A stretch of 64,000 nucleotides of DNA, from positions 124,001-188,000 of the forward strand of contig NW_020843690.1 in NCBI RefSeq assembly GCF_003704095.1, in the 5' to 3' direction. The notes under the pieces are model-generated. The model was given only the letters and a program-made list of their open reading frames with translations. It was not told the origin of the DNA and searched no databases. A program made the position numbers and the translations under genes. Positions 13,174 through 26,829 of the stretch are shown piece by piece (within the stretch, counting starts at the first letter, position 1; each line of letters opens with the position of its first letter). This DNA comes from Pocillopora damicornis. Taxonomy: Eukaryota.

Positions 13174-16100
13174 GAAGCTTCTGGCAGGTTACAGACTTTC
13201 ATTTTGACAAAACGTACCAGTCCCCCACAGAGCCTGGGAAGATATGTAATTCCCAGACCCCAAACAGTGAGACGCCTACCCATGCTGGCAAATGGGGTGA
13301 CTATCTTTGTGATTCCCCGTGGAGACTTATAAACTCATCAGTATTTGCAATGAAAAGCATCGAGCCAAATCCGGATTTCATCATTTGGACAGGGTAAGCT
13401 ATTTAAAAGATCTCAGTGGGGTTAACCATCAGCCCTGAGACGGCAAAAACATTTTGCAGTTGGATGAATTTTAACCGTTAATGGTAAAATAAAAAATAAA
13501 AATATTTACCCGTAAAATATTTCTGTTAACTATGACGGAAGGAAATTTACTGTAAGTCGTAAAATGGCCAAACTTTAACCGTTCGCCGTAATAGCTATCG
13601 ATCCAGACTTTCTTCTTACTTCGAAAAGCAATCCTTCCTGGTAGGTAACCGTAATGAGGTCGGGATAATTTTGTGAACTGGGCACCCTGATAGATATGCA
13701 GTGTGTTTTTAAAAAGCAAGGACAAAACGTGATCATTTAGAAAAGGTTCCGAAAGGTTTGAGTTCTCATGGGAATTGTGGTATTTGAGTTCGGTTACTAG
13801 CTCGCCAGATCTCAGTCAGTGAGACGAAGAAACAAACAGGCGACAGGAAATCGACAACGTTTTTCTCTGGAAAATGACGCGTAGAGTGCAAGAGAGTCCT
13901 ACCTTCCAATTGACTGCTTGAAACAGACTATTTGGTACTCGTATCCTCTCCTCCATTAATCTGGCAGCAAATAATCGGAAAGAGGTCCGCAGCTTCTCCA
14001 GCGATGTTAGACCCTTCCTACCTTTTCACAAAATGATATACAATGACTAGTCTCGTAGCCAGACCTTCCACGGCCAAGCGGTTGTAAGCCCACATTTCAG
14101 TTACACGGTAGGATCTGGGTACGAGATTNNNNNNNNNNNNNNNNNNNNNNNNNNNNNNNNNNNNNNNNNNNNNNNNNNNNNNNNNNNNNNNNNNNNNNNN
14201 NNNNNNNNNNNNNNNNNNNNNNNNNNNNNNNNNNNNNNNNNNNNNNNNNNNNNNNNNNNNNNNNNNNNNNNNNNNNNNNNNNNNNNNNNNNNNNNNNNNN
14301 NNNNNNNNNNNNNNNNNNNNNNNNNNNNNNNNNNNNNNNNNNNNNNNNNNNNNNNNTTGGTTGCCGTTGAGCAGGGGTCAATGGAATACTAAAGGGCCTG
14401 TGGGGGGTGTCAGGTAAATTTCACTGTGACACGTCTTGGTATTGAATCCAGACCCTCCAAGGCCACATGAATGTAACTCATTTCAGTTTCAGCGTAAGAT
14501 CTGAGTACGAGATTACCAGAATCCTCCGGGAACCCTTCTAACCCCGGCGATAAATAGTAACCAGTCTCCTATGTAATTAATCCTCAGCGATGACATGCCA
14601 CACGTCCCAAACAGCCAACTGAGTACAAACGAAGTGATAGAAACGGTGAAGAACCTAACCGACTTGCTCAGCGCTGTCTTTCCAAACACAACGGTTTATC
14701 CGGCCCTCGGAAACCACGACTACCATCCGAAGCACCTGATGCCACCCGAACCGAATTTCATTTACTGGGCAGTTGGTGATTTATGGAGCCGATGGCTTCC
14801 TCAGGATGCGGTGAATACCTTTAAAAGAGGTAAATGACACTCACAAGTATATACAGATGCTCTAGATCTAATCCTTCAACTTCTTAACAAAGCTAATTTA
14901 GAAATTTAAAAATTTCCGTAAAATTGCCTCTTTGTAAAAGAATGCGAAAAGCTCTTTATTCCAAGAAAGTGCTGCCATATACATATGAGTGAATTAATTT
15001 GTTCTAGTCGACTGTTCGCACGGGACATCCATAAGCGGCTTGGAAGGGCGAAGAGAGGAGACTATCATGCTCTATAACGCGAGAGGGCTTTCTAATGTCT
15101 CATTCAAACTGTCACTTCTCCACGAGCCCATCCGCACCAGTTGCGTGAAAGGAGAGAATTATTGCCATTTTCATTTCGATGCTTCTTTCAAAGATTTCAA
15201 AGAAGCTTTACATTTTACCAGGAAACTAACATAAAACAAAACAACAAGCAAACAAAGTATGACTATAATGATTGTCCAGCTTTGAATGTCTTCCTTTTTG
15301 AATTAAAAGCTTCAATCGAAAATGAAGCCACAATTTTGTGAATACCATTCAGATTTTCTGGAACAATCTGTCTTGTATATTAGCTCACTGTGAAGTAATT
15401 TAAAGACCAAAAAAAACATCTAAAACCTCTCTGTTTTTTCTTCAGGCGGATTTTACACAGTTCTCATCAAGCCTGGCTTGCGTTTAGTCTGTCTAAATAC
15501 CGTGTATTACTATACAAACGACAAGCTAACAGGGAATATCTCTGATCCAGCCAGCCAATTTACGTGGCTAGACGATGTGCTCACTGAAGCAAGTCGCATC
15601 AACGAGAAGGTGTGTGTCCATCTGAGATTTTTTCTATCAAGATAGTTAAAGTTACTCTTGTCTAAGTTTGTAAATTTTTCAGAAAGTCCCGGTCAGCCAT
15701 CCAGTCAGTCAGTCCGTCAATTGGGCAGTCAGTCGGCCACTTACTCAATAGGTCCGTCAGTCAGTAGGGCCATCAGTCAGTAGGTCCGTCAGTCAGTCGT
15801 TCCGTCAATTGGGCAGTCAGTCGGCCACTTACTCAGTAGGTCCGTCAGTCAGTAGGTCCATCAGTCAGTAGGTCCGTCAGTCAGTCGTTCCGTCATTTGC
15901 GCAGTCGGTCGGCGAGTTAGAAAAAAAACCAACACGAACGTGTTGCAACCCTCTTCTTCCTTGTTTTGATCAAACGTATAGCATGCATCTTTCTACGTTT
16001 TATCTTAAAAAATCATATTTTCCCAGGTGTTCATTATAGGTCATGTTCCGCCCGGTGCTTTTGAGCGAGCTCCGGGAAAGAAGTGGTTTTATCCCAAATT

Positions 16101-19100
16101 CAACAAAGATTACATTGCTGCCATCATGAAACATGCTGACGTCATCACCGGCCATTTTCTTGCTCATCAGCACTGCGACAGCTTTAAAATTATCTATGAC
16201 GGGAAAGGTAAAACTCAGTAGCTAATAATGAGCAAGATTATTTATCCTTAAATTTATCGTTAAATCAGAAATTTTTAGACAATGACCTGACTGAAAGTGA
16301 GAGTTTCAAAGGAAATAAATTAATCCTTTACACCCTGACGTATGCATATTCTCCAAACTGTTTTCTACACGTTTCTTAACTTGCTGACAAGGAGAACTTG
16401 GAAGGGATTCAAACTCGTTTATCCCAGATACTAGGGTAATTTAGTATTATAAACTGAGTTGATAACGTAAATTGGCCACCGTAAAGAGTTTCAAAGCTGA
16501 CGTTTCGAGCGTTAGCCCTTCGTTAGAGCGAATGATGAACGGCCAACGCTCGAAACGTCAGCTTTGAAACTCTTTACGGTGGCCAAGTCACGTTATTAAC
16601 TTAGCTGATAATGCTAAATTACCTGTTATACTCTCCCACTGACGTAGCACCACCGTTTCTTTAGAAACTTACCCCCTTTATTCTAGTTACTAGTTGGGTG
16701 TTATTGATTTAACTCAGCTATGAAGCGGAGCAAATGTTTTGCTTATTATTAATTTCCAATCATTGTGACTTTATTCAGTGAATCAAGACAAATTATATTT
16801 ATTTCACCAGACCCCGCTATAAAATCAAATAAGATTGCCCTAAGTTGGTGCTGTGCCCTAAAAAAGGAACCTTGTTAGGATTCCTGCATCATGAAGATTT
16901 AACCAAGAAACAATAACTCACCTAAATTTTTTCTTTAGTTCCTAAATATTTCGCTCTCTTTCTGATGAACCATTGCTTTAAGACCTTAGGAAATTTTTTT
17001 ACGCAACTTCCAAAACATGTCGCCGTCAAAAATGTTTCCTGCTCATCTAAACTACTGGCGGCATTGCCGTTTTTAATTGTCAGGCTATCACCAAAGTGAA
17101 GAAATTGATAATTGGTATCACAGCGACACGGCCATGCAACAAATAGCTTCTAGATGAGGAAAATTGTTATGCACTGAGCCGACCATTGTAACAACAATGG
17201 AAATTTGAGAATACATGTATTCTTTATCCGCCCCGACAAGAAAATTAGTGCACATTTTCGAGTTTGTTTTAAAGTAGACAGCGGACTTTTCCAGTCTAAA
17301 TGAACGCTCTTCTTCATTATTTTCCCAGTAAATCTAACACCTATAAACTAGTAAACTGGATAAAACACCAATAAATGAGTGTCGGCAATACTTTGTAAAG
17401 ATAAAATACTGGAGAAAAAGAAAACTCAATTAGAGACTTTATTAGCGATTACAAATTTACATAGACTGTTCTGTACTGCCAGCTGAATTGAATCGAACCA
17501 AAGAAATCAGATTCCAAGGAGTATAGGTATATTTTCCTGTTTAAAAATTATATTTTGCATCTTACCGAAATAGCCAAGAATGCAAGTAAATCTGATTTCC
17601 AAATTCGGTCCGATTATTTGTAGAACTTGCAGTGTAGATCGAAAGCGGACACTTCTGAAAGTGAAAATTGGATTTTTCTTTTGTTTACGCTCTCTCCTAA
17701 GAGGAAACCCCATGCAAAACAATTTACTTATGGCAGTGAAATTTGTCTTTCATTTGCAAATCAACAGAAATATAACCTTTTGACAAAGCAGCAGCACGAT
17801 GGGAATGGGTTTTGTCAAATTTCCATCTGTCCGCCGTCCATTGTGGTGTACTTTCCCTCTTGTTTTTTCCGTAGGCGGACATCCAGCCTATTTTCCTTTG
17901 GCGTCCGCTAGTAGGAATAATTCTCGTAAGCGGACAACGAACACTTTTTCCAATTCCCGAGGGTGTCCGCTTACGAGCTAATCGAGAGTTGACCGTATTC
18001 CTTATCGTATTAAAAAAAAATTCACGGCATAAGCTTGTCTTTTAAGAACGAGTTATTGTGGGCAATGGTTTTGCCCAACGATTTTTTTTCCAAGGAAACG
18101 GGCCAGGAAAGTTAGAGCCTTTAACTGTCATCAAAAGAATTGGAATTTGAGTGATATTCATACGGTTTCTTTGTGGTGGCATAACAGTTGTTTAACCTTC
18201 CACGTAAGAATTTTTCCTAAATGTCTCTTACAAGCCGAGGAAACAATCGGTTAAGATCAATGTACATAAAGAGTGAAAAAAAAAGGTGATTTAATGCAAG
18301 CCTCAAGATGTTTGTAACTTTATACATCTTTTCTTAATAACTTGCCATAACCAGCTTAACCTTTTTTGTGGGCAGTTATTTATGGAGGATCGTTTTTGTG
18401 TGTGTGTGTGTTTTTTTTTTCGGGCTCAAATCCTAACCTGAGAAGTAGCGAGAGATTTTTATGAAAGTAGATGTGAAATAGGCGGAAGTTGATGGAAACC
18501 TGTCGAGGAAGATCTCTCTCCGGGCAAAAAGGTCATAAATGCTATTTGCTCTCACCGTAAACGAAGGAAGACAGTCTTAATAAAAAAATTTTAAAAAAAA
18601 ACGCTTCGGGCAAAAAACGGTCATTTTGTTCAGCTAAGCGATCCATCGCGTCAATACGGTGAAAATCTCGTTGAAAATCGGTCTTTGTCCATTTGAGAAT
18701 ATTTAAGTGCCTTTCGTGCGTTTCACCAATACAGGGAAAGATACCTATCACCAGAGGAGTCGAGGCGACATATGCCCTTGAAACCAAAGAATAATAATGG
18801 GACATAATTTTGTCTTGTTTGAAACGTGACTTTAAGTTTATTTCCGGCATGGTGATGACCCTCTAATTATCGGAAATGTAAGGCGAAGAGTAATTACGGG
18901 TTTTTTTCGGAGAATAAAACATTTTCAAATTCACCAGCTGCCCCGTGTGTAGTTATTAACTGTTTTTTGGCATGGAACATTTATCTGGAACTTCTTTTCA
19001 CATTTGCGAATTTTGCAAAGTTGCATTTTACGTCAAAGAACTCGCCAGATTGTAATTCATTTTCCGTGTTCTTCTTGAGTACTGGTTCTACAAATGTTAT

Positions 19101-22100
19101 CCCTTACTCGATAGATAAGTCCCATTGTAAGTCTGTTTTTGTGAAAATTTCATCATTTTTTTATCCTGAACCTTATTCAACTTTGCTAATTTTGTAAAGC
19201 CGCACTTAACGAGACTAGATTGCATGCCAATTAGTGAAAGATCTCAGCAGGAGACACGTTGTTAATTTCTCGGGGAGTAAAGTTTTTTTCGAAATCATAA
19301 AATGCCCCGAACAGACCTGAAACTTGCAAACATTGTTCATTGATCAATATTCTACTATAGCTCACTCTTTAGGCGTCAGGCTTTTAAATTTCGATTGCAT
19401 GACGTGTGTTTACTACTTTCTACATGTCTTGTGCGTGAAACCCAGAGATAAAGTATTTTGTATTCCCGGCTAACCGAAGAGAAAGCTTAAATATGTATTG
19501 CAACAACTTGGAATAGCAATGACGCGGTATCTCGGCTACAGATACAACCTTTTTCCATCTGAAACGCGTGCTGCCATTCTTAAAGTACAAAACACGACGC
19601 CTCGTCGTTCACCTTACCCATCAAATGATGAGCGCCATCCAATCAGATGCGTCGTACGACAATCAGATGATTAACAGCTGATTCGATAAGGCTGGGGGGT
19701 TCGATAATGATTCGACGACTTTGTTTCGAAAGTGCTAGTTTATCTTCCTTCTGTTGCGCCAGCGTTAAGGAAGTTAAGGTAACGGTCAATCAGTCTTTTA
19801 TCTCTACAAATTAAAAATGCACTTCTTAATTTAACATTGATTGGACGGATATAAAAGCCGAGGCCACAAACTAAATTTCCATCTCGGTGCACCGAACGTG
19901 TTCAAGAAACTCTCATTCGTTGAAGCATCAGCTGTCATGAACAACATTGACCCTGGTGATGCCAGCGTGGATGTACTGGCTATTTTACAAGACCAGCTTG
20001 AAGCCAGAAGCAAACCAACTCTCGTAATAGAATCAACCGTTTTGATAACCATTAATATCACTGCCTTGCTTGGTAATGCCATCCTTTGCTTCATCACCTA
20101 TCGCAACCCAAGGCTTCGTACCCCTACCACGATGCTAATTGTCGCCCTGGCTTGCACAGACCTGTTAACCGCTTTTTCTGTGATACCACTGACAGTTGAT
20201 GCCGTCATCAACAGCAGGAGGCGCTTCGGCGATGGGGTGTGCAGATTCCAGGCTTTTGCAATGGCGATTTTTGCCCAAATATCTATCTACCTCATGGCTT
20301 TGACGGCTTTCAATCGGTACCTATGTGTTAAGAAACGGAACCTTTACAAAAAAATATTTACGAAGAAACGTACATTGCTTCTTATTACCGCCATTTGGAT
20401 AGTGGTGCTGGTCATCAATGGGTTCCCCAATGTTCTTTCGCTGGATGATGTCTTCTTCTGCCCAGGTTACTTGCTGTGCTGGAGGAGGATGATGAGTCCA
20501 GCTTCTATTTACTTGTTCAACGCTTGGCTTTATGGTTCCTTCGTGATCTCCTATGTCGTTATTGTGGTGTGTTACTGGAAAGTGTTTCGCGCCGTGGAGC
20601 AGCACAGCGTGGCCGTAGCTCCAAGCCTGAATCAAGCAAGCCAGAATACCCAGGCTAGAAACCATTCTGAGGAAGTGTCTGTGGCGAAGGCAGTGGGATC
20701 TATCGTGTTTTCTTTCACCATTTGCTGGATACCGTCAGAAGTGATGGACACCATGGACAAGATAAACCCACTTCTTTTACCTCGTCAGGTAAGATTTTTT
20801 ATGGTACTTATTTGAAAAAAAATTTTAGATGAAAGTGACGTGTTTAGGGTCTCGTTGATCAATCTGAAAAAGTATGCTCTATTGGTCAGTGACAAAAAGA
20901 GATAACGAGATAAAGAAAATATATTTTTATTGCAGTCTGGTTACGAATCATACACAGGATTTAAACCTATGATCATGAGATTTCATTCAAAACGTGAGCG
21001 CAAAGTCACATTTCTAAATCTTGGTAATTCTTTAAATTTTTTTCGGTCTTCAATCCACAATTACGCATGCTTGAATTGAAAAACACCGTTTATAGGATCA
21101 TTTCATGATTGCAATTTTCTTTTACATCCAAAAACGTCCATTTTTCGGACTGGCGTTTTGAAAATGAATCTTTATGAAAATCACGCTGTGTTCTTATATC
21201 AGACTCTTTCGAATAAAAATCCTTTTTTTCACAATATTCAAGTAAAACGAATATGGTCTTTTTTCAAAGACATTTTTAATACGAGTTGAAAAAACCAACA
21301 AATTCATTCACGTTAGGACATTTTCTTTCCCCAAAAAATCATCTGCCAAGTAATTTTCTCCATTGTTAAGAAATCTTTGCGGCAATTTTAGTCAACTACC
21401 AAAAGAGGACTACACGTAATTAGTCATAATGATCTGATAATCAACTATTGTTCATTGTCTTTCCGGCTCTTCCTTCCTCTTCCTCACTTTCTAAATGAAG
21501 ACCATTTTTCTCTTCGACCATCCTACCCGTAAAAATTGGTAAGATTTAATGAAAATTGGGGGAATTTAAATCCTGGAATACCGTTTCACAGAAAGGTGTC
21601 AGTATTAAAACAAGAAAGAAAAAGCTACGGGTAAAAAGAAAACAAACAGTTTTACGTAATAACATGAGTAGGAACAGAAATACACTAATCCAGCCTATTG
21701 TCCATGTTAAATAACGAAGGTCACAAGCATTATTTTTACATGGAAATGGATGTAAATCTCATCTTCGAATATCGTGCGTCATGCATATGGCTAATGCATC
21801 AATGGAAGATTTAGCCAAATTTTTCCGATTTTATCGTTGCCATGCCTCCCTCTATTCTCCATCCTTAGTGATCCCCGTCACTGTTTGATTTATTTACCGG
21901 CAAACTATTTCTTTTGTCAAAACTCCCTTCATTTTGAGCAAATTTCTTTGTTTCTATCAAGATGGACCTAAGGATTTTCACAATAATATTCCTAATGAAA
22001 TTCCTTTAAAAAAAGCGATATCTACTGTATTAAATATTTCTCTTCTATTTAGGTTTTCATCTTTGCCACTTGCTTGTGGTTTCTCAGCAGCGCCATCAAC

Positions 22101-24249
22101 CCCGTCATTTATGGCGTCATGAACAGCAACTTCCGATCTGAGTACAAGAGAATGTTCGATGATATCTTTGGTTCTATTAGTCCTCAGAGAGCGATCTCGC
22201 CAAGTGAAGGCCAAGATATGTCCAGCCAGGGAAATAATTCAGCATGAGAGCATTCAAATTTTTAAAAAGAAGGCATTCATTTTTCCTTGAGTGTCTCTAT
22301 GTCGCTCCGCGCAAGTAAATTTATCCTAACCGTCAATTATGTTCTTGTTGTCCTTTCTTCGTTTGATTTTCATTTACCCTGTCTGTTATCATTGTAAATT
22401 TATGTTATTTAAGTAATATATTCATGTATTTCAGAAACCACTGCTTAAATAATTAGAATTGGAAAATCTATCGGTGCGTTTATAGACTATATTGGCTTTA
22501 ACATGAACTTACACATAACTTGTTATATCTTATAAACCTCAGCTGTGAAGTGTGATACAGGTTAGACGGTAAACTTAGTTGATACATTTTGCATAATGAA
22601 TGTATGGCTAGTCGATGTTTGACAGGGACCACAGTGCAACCCAAAATTTCAGATTTTTTTCAAATTAGTAAGGCACAAAAGGCTTCTCATGTTTCAAAAA
22701 GTCTGAGGTTCTCAGCTGGTGGCCTTACCCTGATTGTTTGGAAGCAAAATGTTGTCCATGAAAAGAAAGTCGCGGACGCATAAATTTCGAATATATGAGA
22801 CTGGCTTTAAAATGTACTTGCTGCTACACAATGTTAAATGGTAGATATCTATTCTCAGAATGTTTTCTGAATTACTCCTATGTTCGAGCATGAAATGTTA
22901 TGTATTTTTACCCTGCTTTGATGAACCACCAATAAATGAATGTTTATCCAACCACTTTATTGTGTTTTTATATGTCTTTGTTTCCTATTTGCAATTGGCC
23001 TTACAATATAAAAATAATTTAATGTATAATGTTAATGGAGTGCAGATGACAAATTTCCTCCAGACCCAAGCATTCATTATTTCTATTTGTTATTGATGTT
23101 GTTTTGCTTTTTTTTTTAACTTCGCTTTAATGCGAAATCTACGCTTCCTCCTTAGGAATTCCTACAAGTTCCATTTTTTTGTGCCCTGCGGTAACACCCT
23201 GGAAGACAGTACTACCCACTGTTGGCTACAATAATCCTGGCATTCGGCTCTATAAGTATGATAAGAGCACCATGCACGTTAAGGTAATGAGCAAGGTACC
23301 CCCAATGAATACAGCGATCACCAATGCCAAAAGCTTGTAAGCTGGCATTAACTTTTACGTAGTAGTGAGCCGGCATGGACTTTTATGTAGTAGTGGCTTA
23401 GGTGCCGAATAGACCACACCAAAGGGATGCCTTGGCGCAGCAAAATGGACGCTCTTGATCCACAAGGGGCCTAAGACAGCAGCAAAATTACGGCACAAGG
23501 GTTACGTTACAGCTTTCCATCTTGAAACAGCTTTCCATCCTGAAAACTTTAGCCTGAATTTGTTTGTAATCTCTTCTTAAACCCTCCAGTGAATCTTCCC
23601 CGAGTTATTCACCCTCATTCTTTTTTGTCCATGGTTACTTCTTTCAATTTTCTTTTTTAAGTTCTCATGGTCGCACTTTTTGACCTTCAGTTTGATGATA
23701 TTTTTTTCATCAGCGTCTGAAAGGATGCACCATACTGTAATGTGGTTTCTCCAAGTACCAAGTATCCATCCAAAGCTTGCCTACACTTTCTTCATTACGA
23801 ATAATCCCCCCCCCCCCCCACCCCCTCAAAAGTAAGCTTAGGGCGATTTTTTTACCAGAAAAGATCACACCCAAGCGGAAAATAACCTAAGTGTTCTGCC
23901 AGTGTCGCTTTGTCCAATCCAATCCCTGCCTTTATTTCGTAACTCTTTTTTCTGATTTGTTGTCGCGATATATTCAGTACCCCTTTCACCATTTAGTGGA
24001 GACTGCACTGAGTATGAGCAGTCAAGGCTTTCGTTTAAATATGTTTTCAGCAGGAGTTCACTTGAAATGTTACTGAAATGGGTAATTTAGTGTTAACAAC
24101 TGAGTTGTGAACCCTAAATTACTACATAAACCCACACACAACCCACAATCCCTCCAATCACTCTAACGAAGGGCTAACGCTCGAAACGTCAGCCTTTAAA
24201 TTCAATTTGCTTTTTCAACTCAGTTGTTAACACTAAATTACCTGTTATA

Positions 24250-24293
<44 letters not shown>

Positions 24294-24728
24294 AATTACT
24301 GAAATAGCTTACCTCAATGTTGTTCGTTTCGTTTTTATCTTGATTAGGATGTTTGGCAGTACTTTACTAACCTAACACTGGCCAATATGATGTCCAAACC
24401 GGAGTGGGTACTAGAATACAAAGCTACTGACGCCTACCGCATACCAGATGTGAGCCCAGAGTCCCTTCATTCACTGGTTAAAACGTTCAAAACTCCGGGC
24501 AGTTCAAACTTCGAAAAGTATTACTTATACAACTCAGTGAGCGCTGGTGGCGAGAAGTGCGACGAGGAATGCAAAACAGCACAAATTTGTGGTATTACGG
24601 AAGTTGATTTTGAGAAGTATGATGCCTGTGTGTCGCCCTCCACAAGTTCATCCCATGTGAAGTCTGCAACGCTCTCGGTCTATGTCGCAATTATTGTTGT
24701 TTGGGCACTTGCTGTAATAATTACATAG
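13174..24728 (+). CDS. SMPDL3B: Acid sphingomyelinase-like phosphodiesterase 3 (SMPDL3B-like, probably GPI-anchored); signal-peptide exon not visible
   Basis: Exons 13174-13393 (FWQVTDFHFD...GDYLCDSPW...PDFIIWTG), 14588-14829 (DDMPH...ALGNHDYHP), 15446-15609, 16027-16207 (IIGHVPPG...AHQHCDSF), 23156-23283 (PAVTPW...NNPGIRLY) and 24348-24728 (hydrophobic C-terminal tail). All calcineurin-like metallophosphoesterase motifs are present. Confidence 0.92.
15690..15915. repeat. (CAGT)n-derived minisatellite
   Basis: Repeated gtcagtcagtaggtcc units in an SMPDL3 intron. Confidence 0.85.
16436..16682. mobile_element. Inverted pair of Penelope-type terminal-repeat fragments with degenerate hammerhead motifs
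   Basis: Hairpin aattggccaccgtaaagagtttcaaagctgacgtttcgagcgtt ... aacgctcgaaacgtcagctttgaaactctttacggtggccaa. It matches the terminal repeat next to the GIY-YIG fragment at 57.1-57.3 kb. Confidence 0.75.
19937..22247 (+). CDS. Class A GPCR (NRY-motif, melatonin-receptor-like cnidarian type), ~348 aa, nested in an SMPDL3 intron
   Basis: Exon 19937-20788 has GN in TM1, LACTD in TM2, NRY in TM3 and FTICWIP in TM6. Exon 22053-22247 has SSAINPVIYG, i.e. NPxxY. The intron is phase 0. Confidence 0.92.
24078..24292 (+). mobile_element. Penelope-type terminal-repeat fragment (hammerhead-like motif at 24160-24193)
   Basis: ctctaacgaagggctaacgctcgaaacgtcagc ... ttatactctcccaccgacgcagcaccacagtttctttagaaacttaccc is the reverse complement of 57137-57310. 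Confidence 0.75.
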
Positions 24729-26530
24729 AATTAGTTTATTGCCATAAATACGTAACACTTTAATTCTACTGATTGTTTATTTTTAGTGAAGGCGGCATTC
24801 CGAGTAAGCATCATTTGCATGATTGTTTGTTTCTTGCTGTTGTTTTGCTTTGTTTGTTTGTTTATTTTCTATATTTGATTTTTTGTTTATGCATACTCTT
24901 TTCTTTTGCTTTATTTGATTTTTTTTTGGTTAACTTTTGGCTTTAGCCTGATAAACTATGAGTAACATTTATGTTTTACCAATTGAAATTTCATTAAAGT
25001 TTCTTCCAACATTTGAGATTTACTTTTTTTTTTGAGCCTTAAATTCAAATGAGAATATTAATCTAGGATTGCTGTTTGTGTAATAAATTGTGTAGATATT
25101 CTTGTCATTGTTACTATCAAACAGGTCCAAATAATGAGATGTGATATGATGTGGTAGCTGCCTCATAGAGTCGAGATAACCAAAAATGCGCCACATAGTA
25201 TAGCAGATAATAATAATTAACAATTATTCACCGAAGTGGAGGTGAATTTACTGTAAACTGGTCGGCAATTAAACTCCGGGTGAGGGTGAAATGTGAGAGT
25301 GAATGGAATGTGATCGGTATTTTCCTTGTGTGCCGTTTGTAGTGCTGACTGTCGATCTATTTAACAGGGTAATTAAATGATATCAACTGTGTTGAAAACG
25401 TAAATTGGCCACCGCAACGAGTTTAAAGGCTTACCCCCTTTATTCCTTAGTCGATCAATTTGTTGGGTGCGATGGTGGCTCCTTGAAAGACAGAAACAGG
25501 ATAGCCACATATATCGAATAACTGACAAATTGCGTCTGATTTTTCTACTATCTTTCAATACTAGCTTGTGTGAGTAGATTGATGATCCCCTAACGAAGTG
25601 TGAATGGAAAATAATACCTATCGTGAAATAATTTACTTACAATTCTGAAAAAGCGCAGTTTTTTAACAAAAATGCTGTATTATTTTCTTTCTTTGTGTTG
25701 GGGTTGGGCAGATGTTTCTCGTTTAATTCTTAAATGTAAATGCGTATAACTGCATTTATAGGGGAACTCATATTGAGCGTTGGTACTTCCCTTTTTCGAA
25801 AATTTTATTGTTTTCATTAGTCAATATTAGTTAGGTTGACGTCTTTATGTGAAGCACTCGCTCAACAATGGACAATAGTAGCGATTGCATCTTGGGCACG
25901 GGTTGCTTTGAGAAAAACACTTAAGCTTTCCTTTCTTTTGACGCACAAGTAGAGTTAAAAGTGATATTGACGACTTCAATCGACCAATGGTCCTCTTTCA
26001 TTCACTTTTATCATTTAAGAGTAGCATTGTTCGTTCTTACCAACATACCGAAACTGTCATTTACTGAATCTCTGGTGAGGCTAAAAAGCCATCATTTTCT
26101 GAATGAGAAGCATTGAGTGAAAATGGGCTCTTTCGTTGCCTCGGTTACCTCTGAAAACAACTTTCATCGACAAGGAATATTAACCGCGCTTAAAGCACGG
26201 CCATTGGCGGTAACTGAGAGGGATAATCCATCCAAGTAAAATAATACTTAAATACCGGAATGTGAGCCTCAGTGGAGGATCATTTTGTGGCAGAAAATAG
26301 TTGTAACTGCAAATTTTATCGACAAAAAATTTTATCTGCCCTTTAAGCACGTACATTAGTGGTAACTGAGAACAGTTCATCCCTTTCAAGCAAAATAATA
26401 CTTAAATTCCAGAGAGTTTGCGTCAACGGTAAATCAAGTGCATACATTCTCCAATTTTTTTTTTTTTTGTAGAAAATAAGCTGATGGTTGTCGACACAGA
26501 GAAAGGTTTTTTGCTTCTTGAGTTTGAGCC

Positions 26531-26829
26531 ATGAATAACATTGACCCCGGGGACACCAGCGGGGATGTATTAGCCATTTTACAGGAGCAGCTCGAATCCA
26601 GAAACAAAACAACTGTCGTAGTGGAATCCACTGTTTTGATTATTTTTAATATCGTTGCCTTGGTTGGTAATGCTATCCTGTGTTTCATCCCTTACGGCAA
26701 CCCCAAGCTTCGTTCGTCTACAACCATGCTGATTGTGGCATTAGCATGCACAGACCTGTTAACCACCGCGAATGTTATGCCTTTGACAATTGACGCCGTC
26801 ATTAACAGCCGAAGACGATTCAGCGATGT
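26531..26829 (+). pseudogene. Truncated paralog of the nested GPCR (TM1-TM2 only)
   Basis: MNNIDPGDTSGDVLAILQEQLE...VINSRRRFSD aligns with the 19937 protein, then breaks into a (TTTG)n run. No TM3-7 is seen downstream. Confidence 0.88.

Noticed and set aside
15690-15915. CRISPR-like array
   Set aside because: Eukaryotic intronic minisatellite without unique spacers or cas genes.
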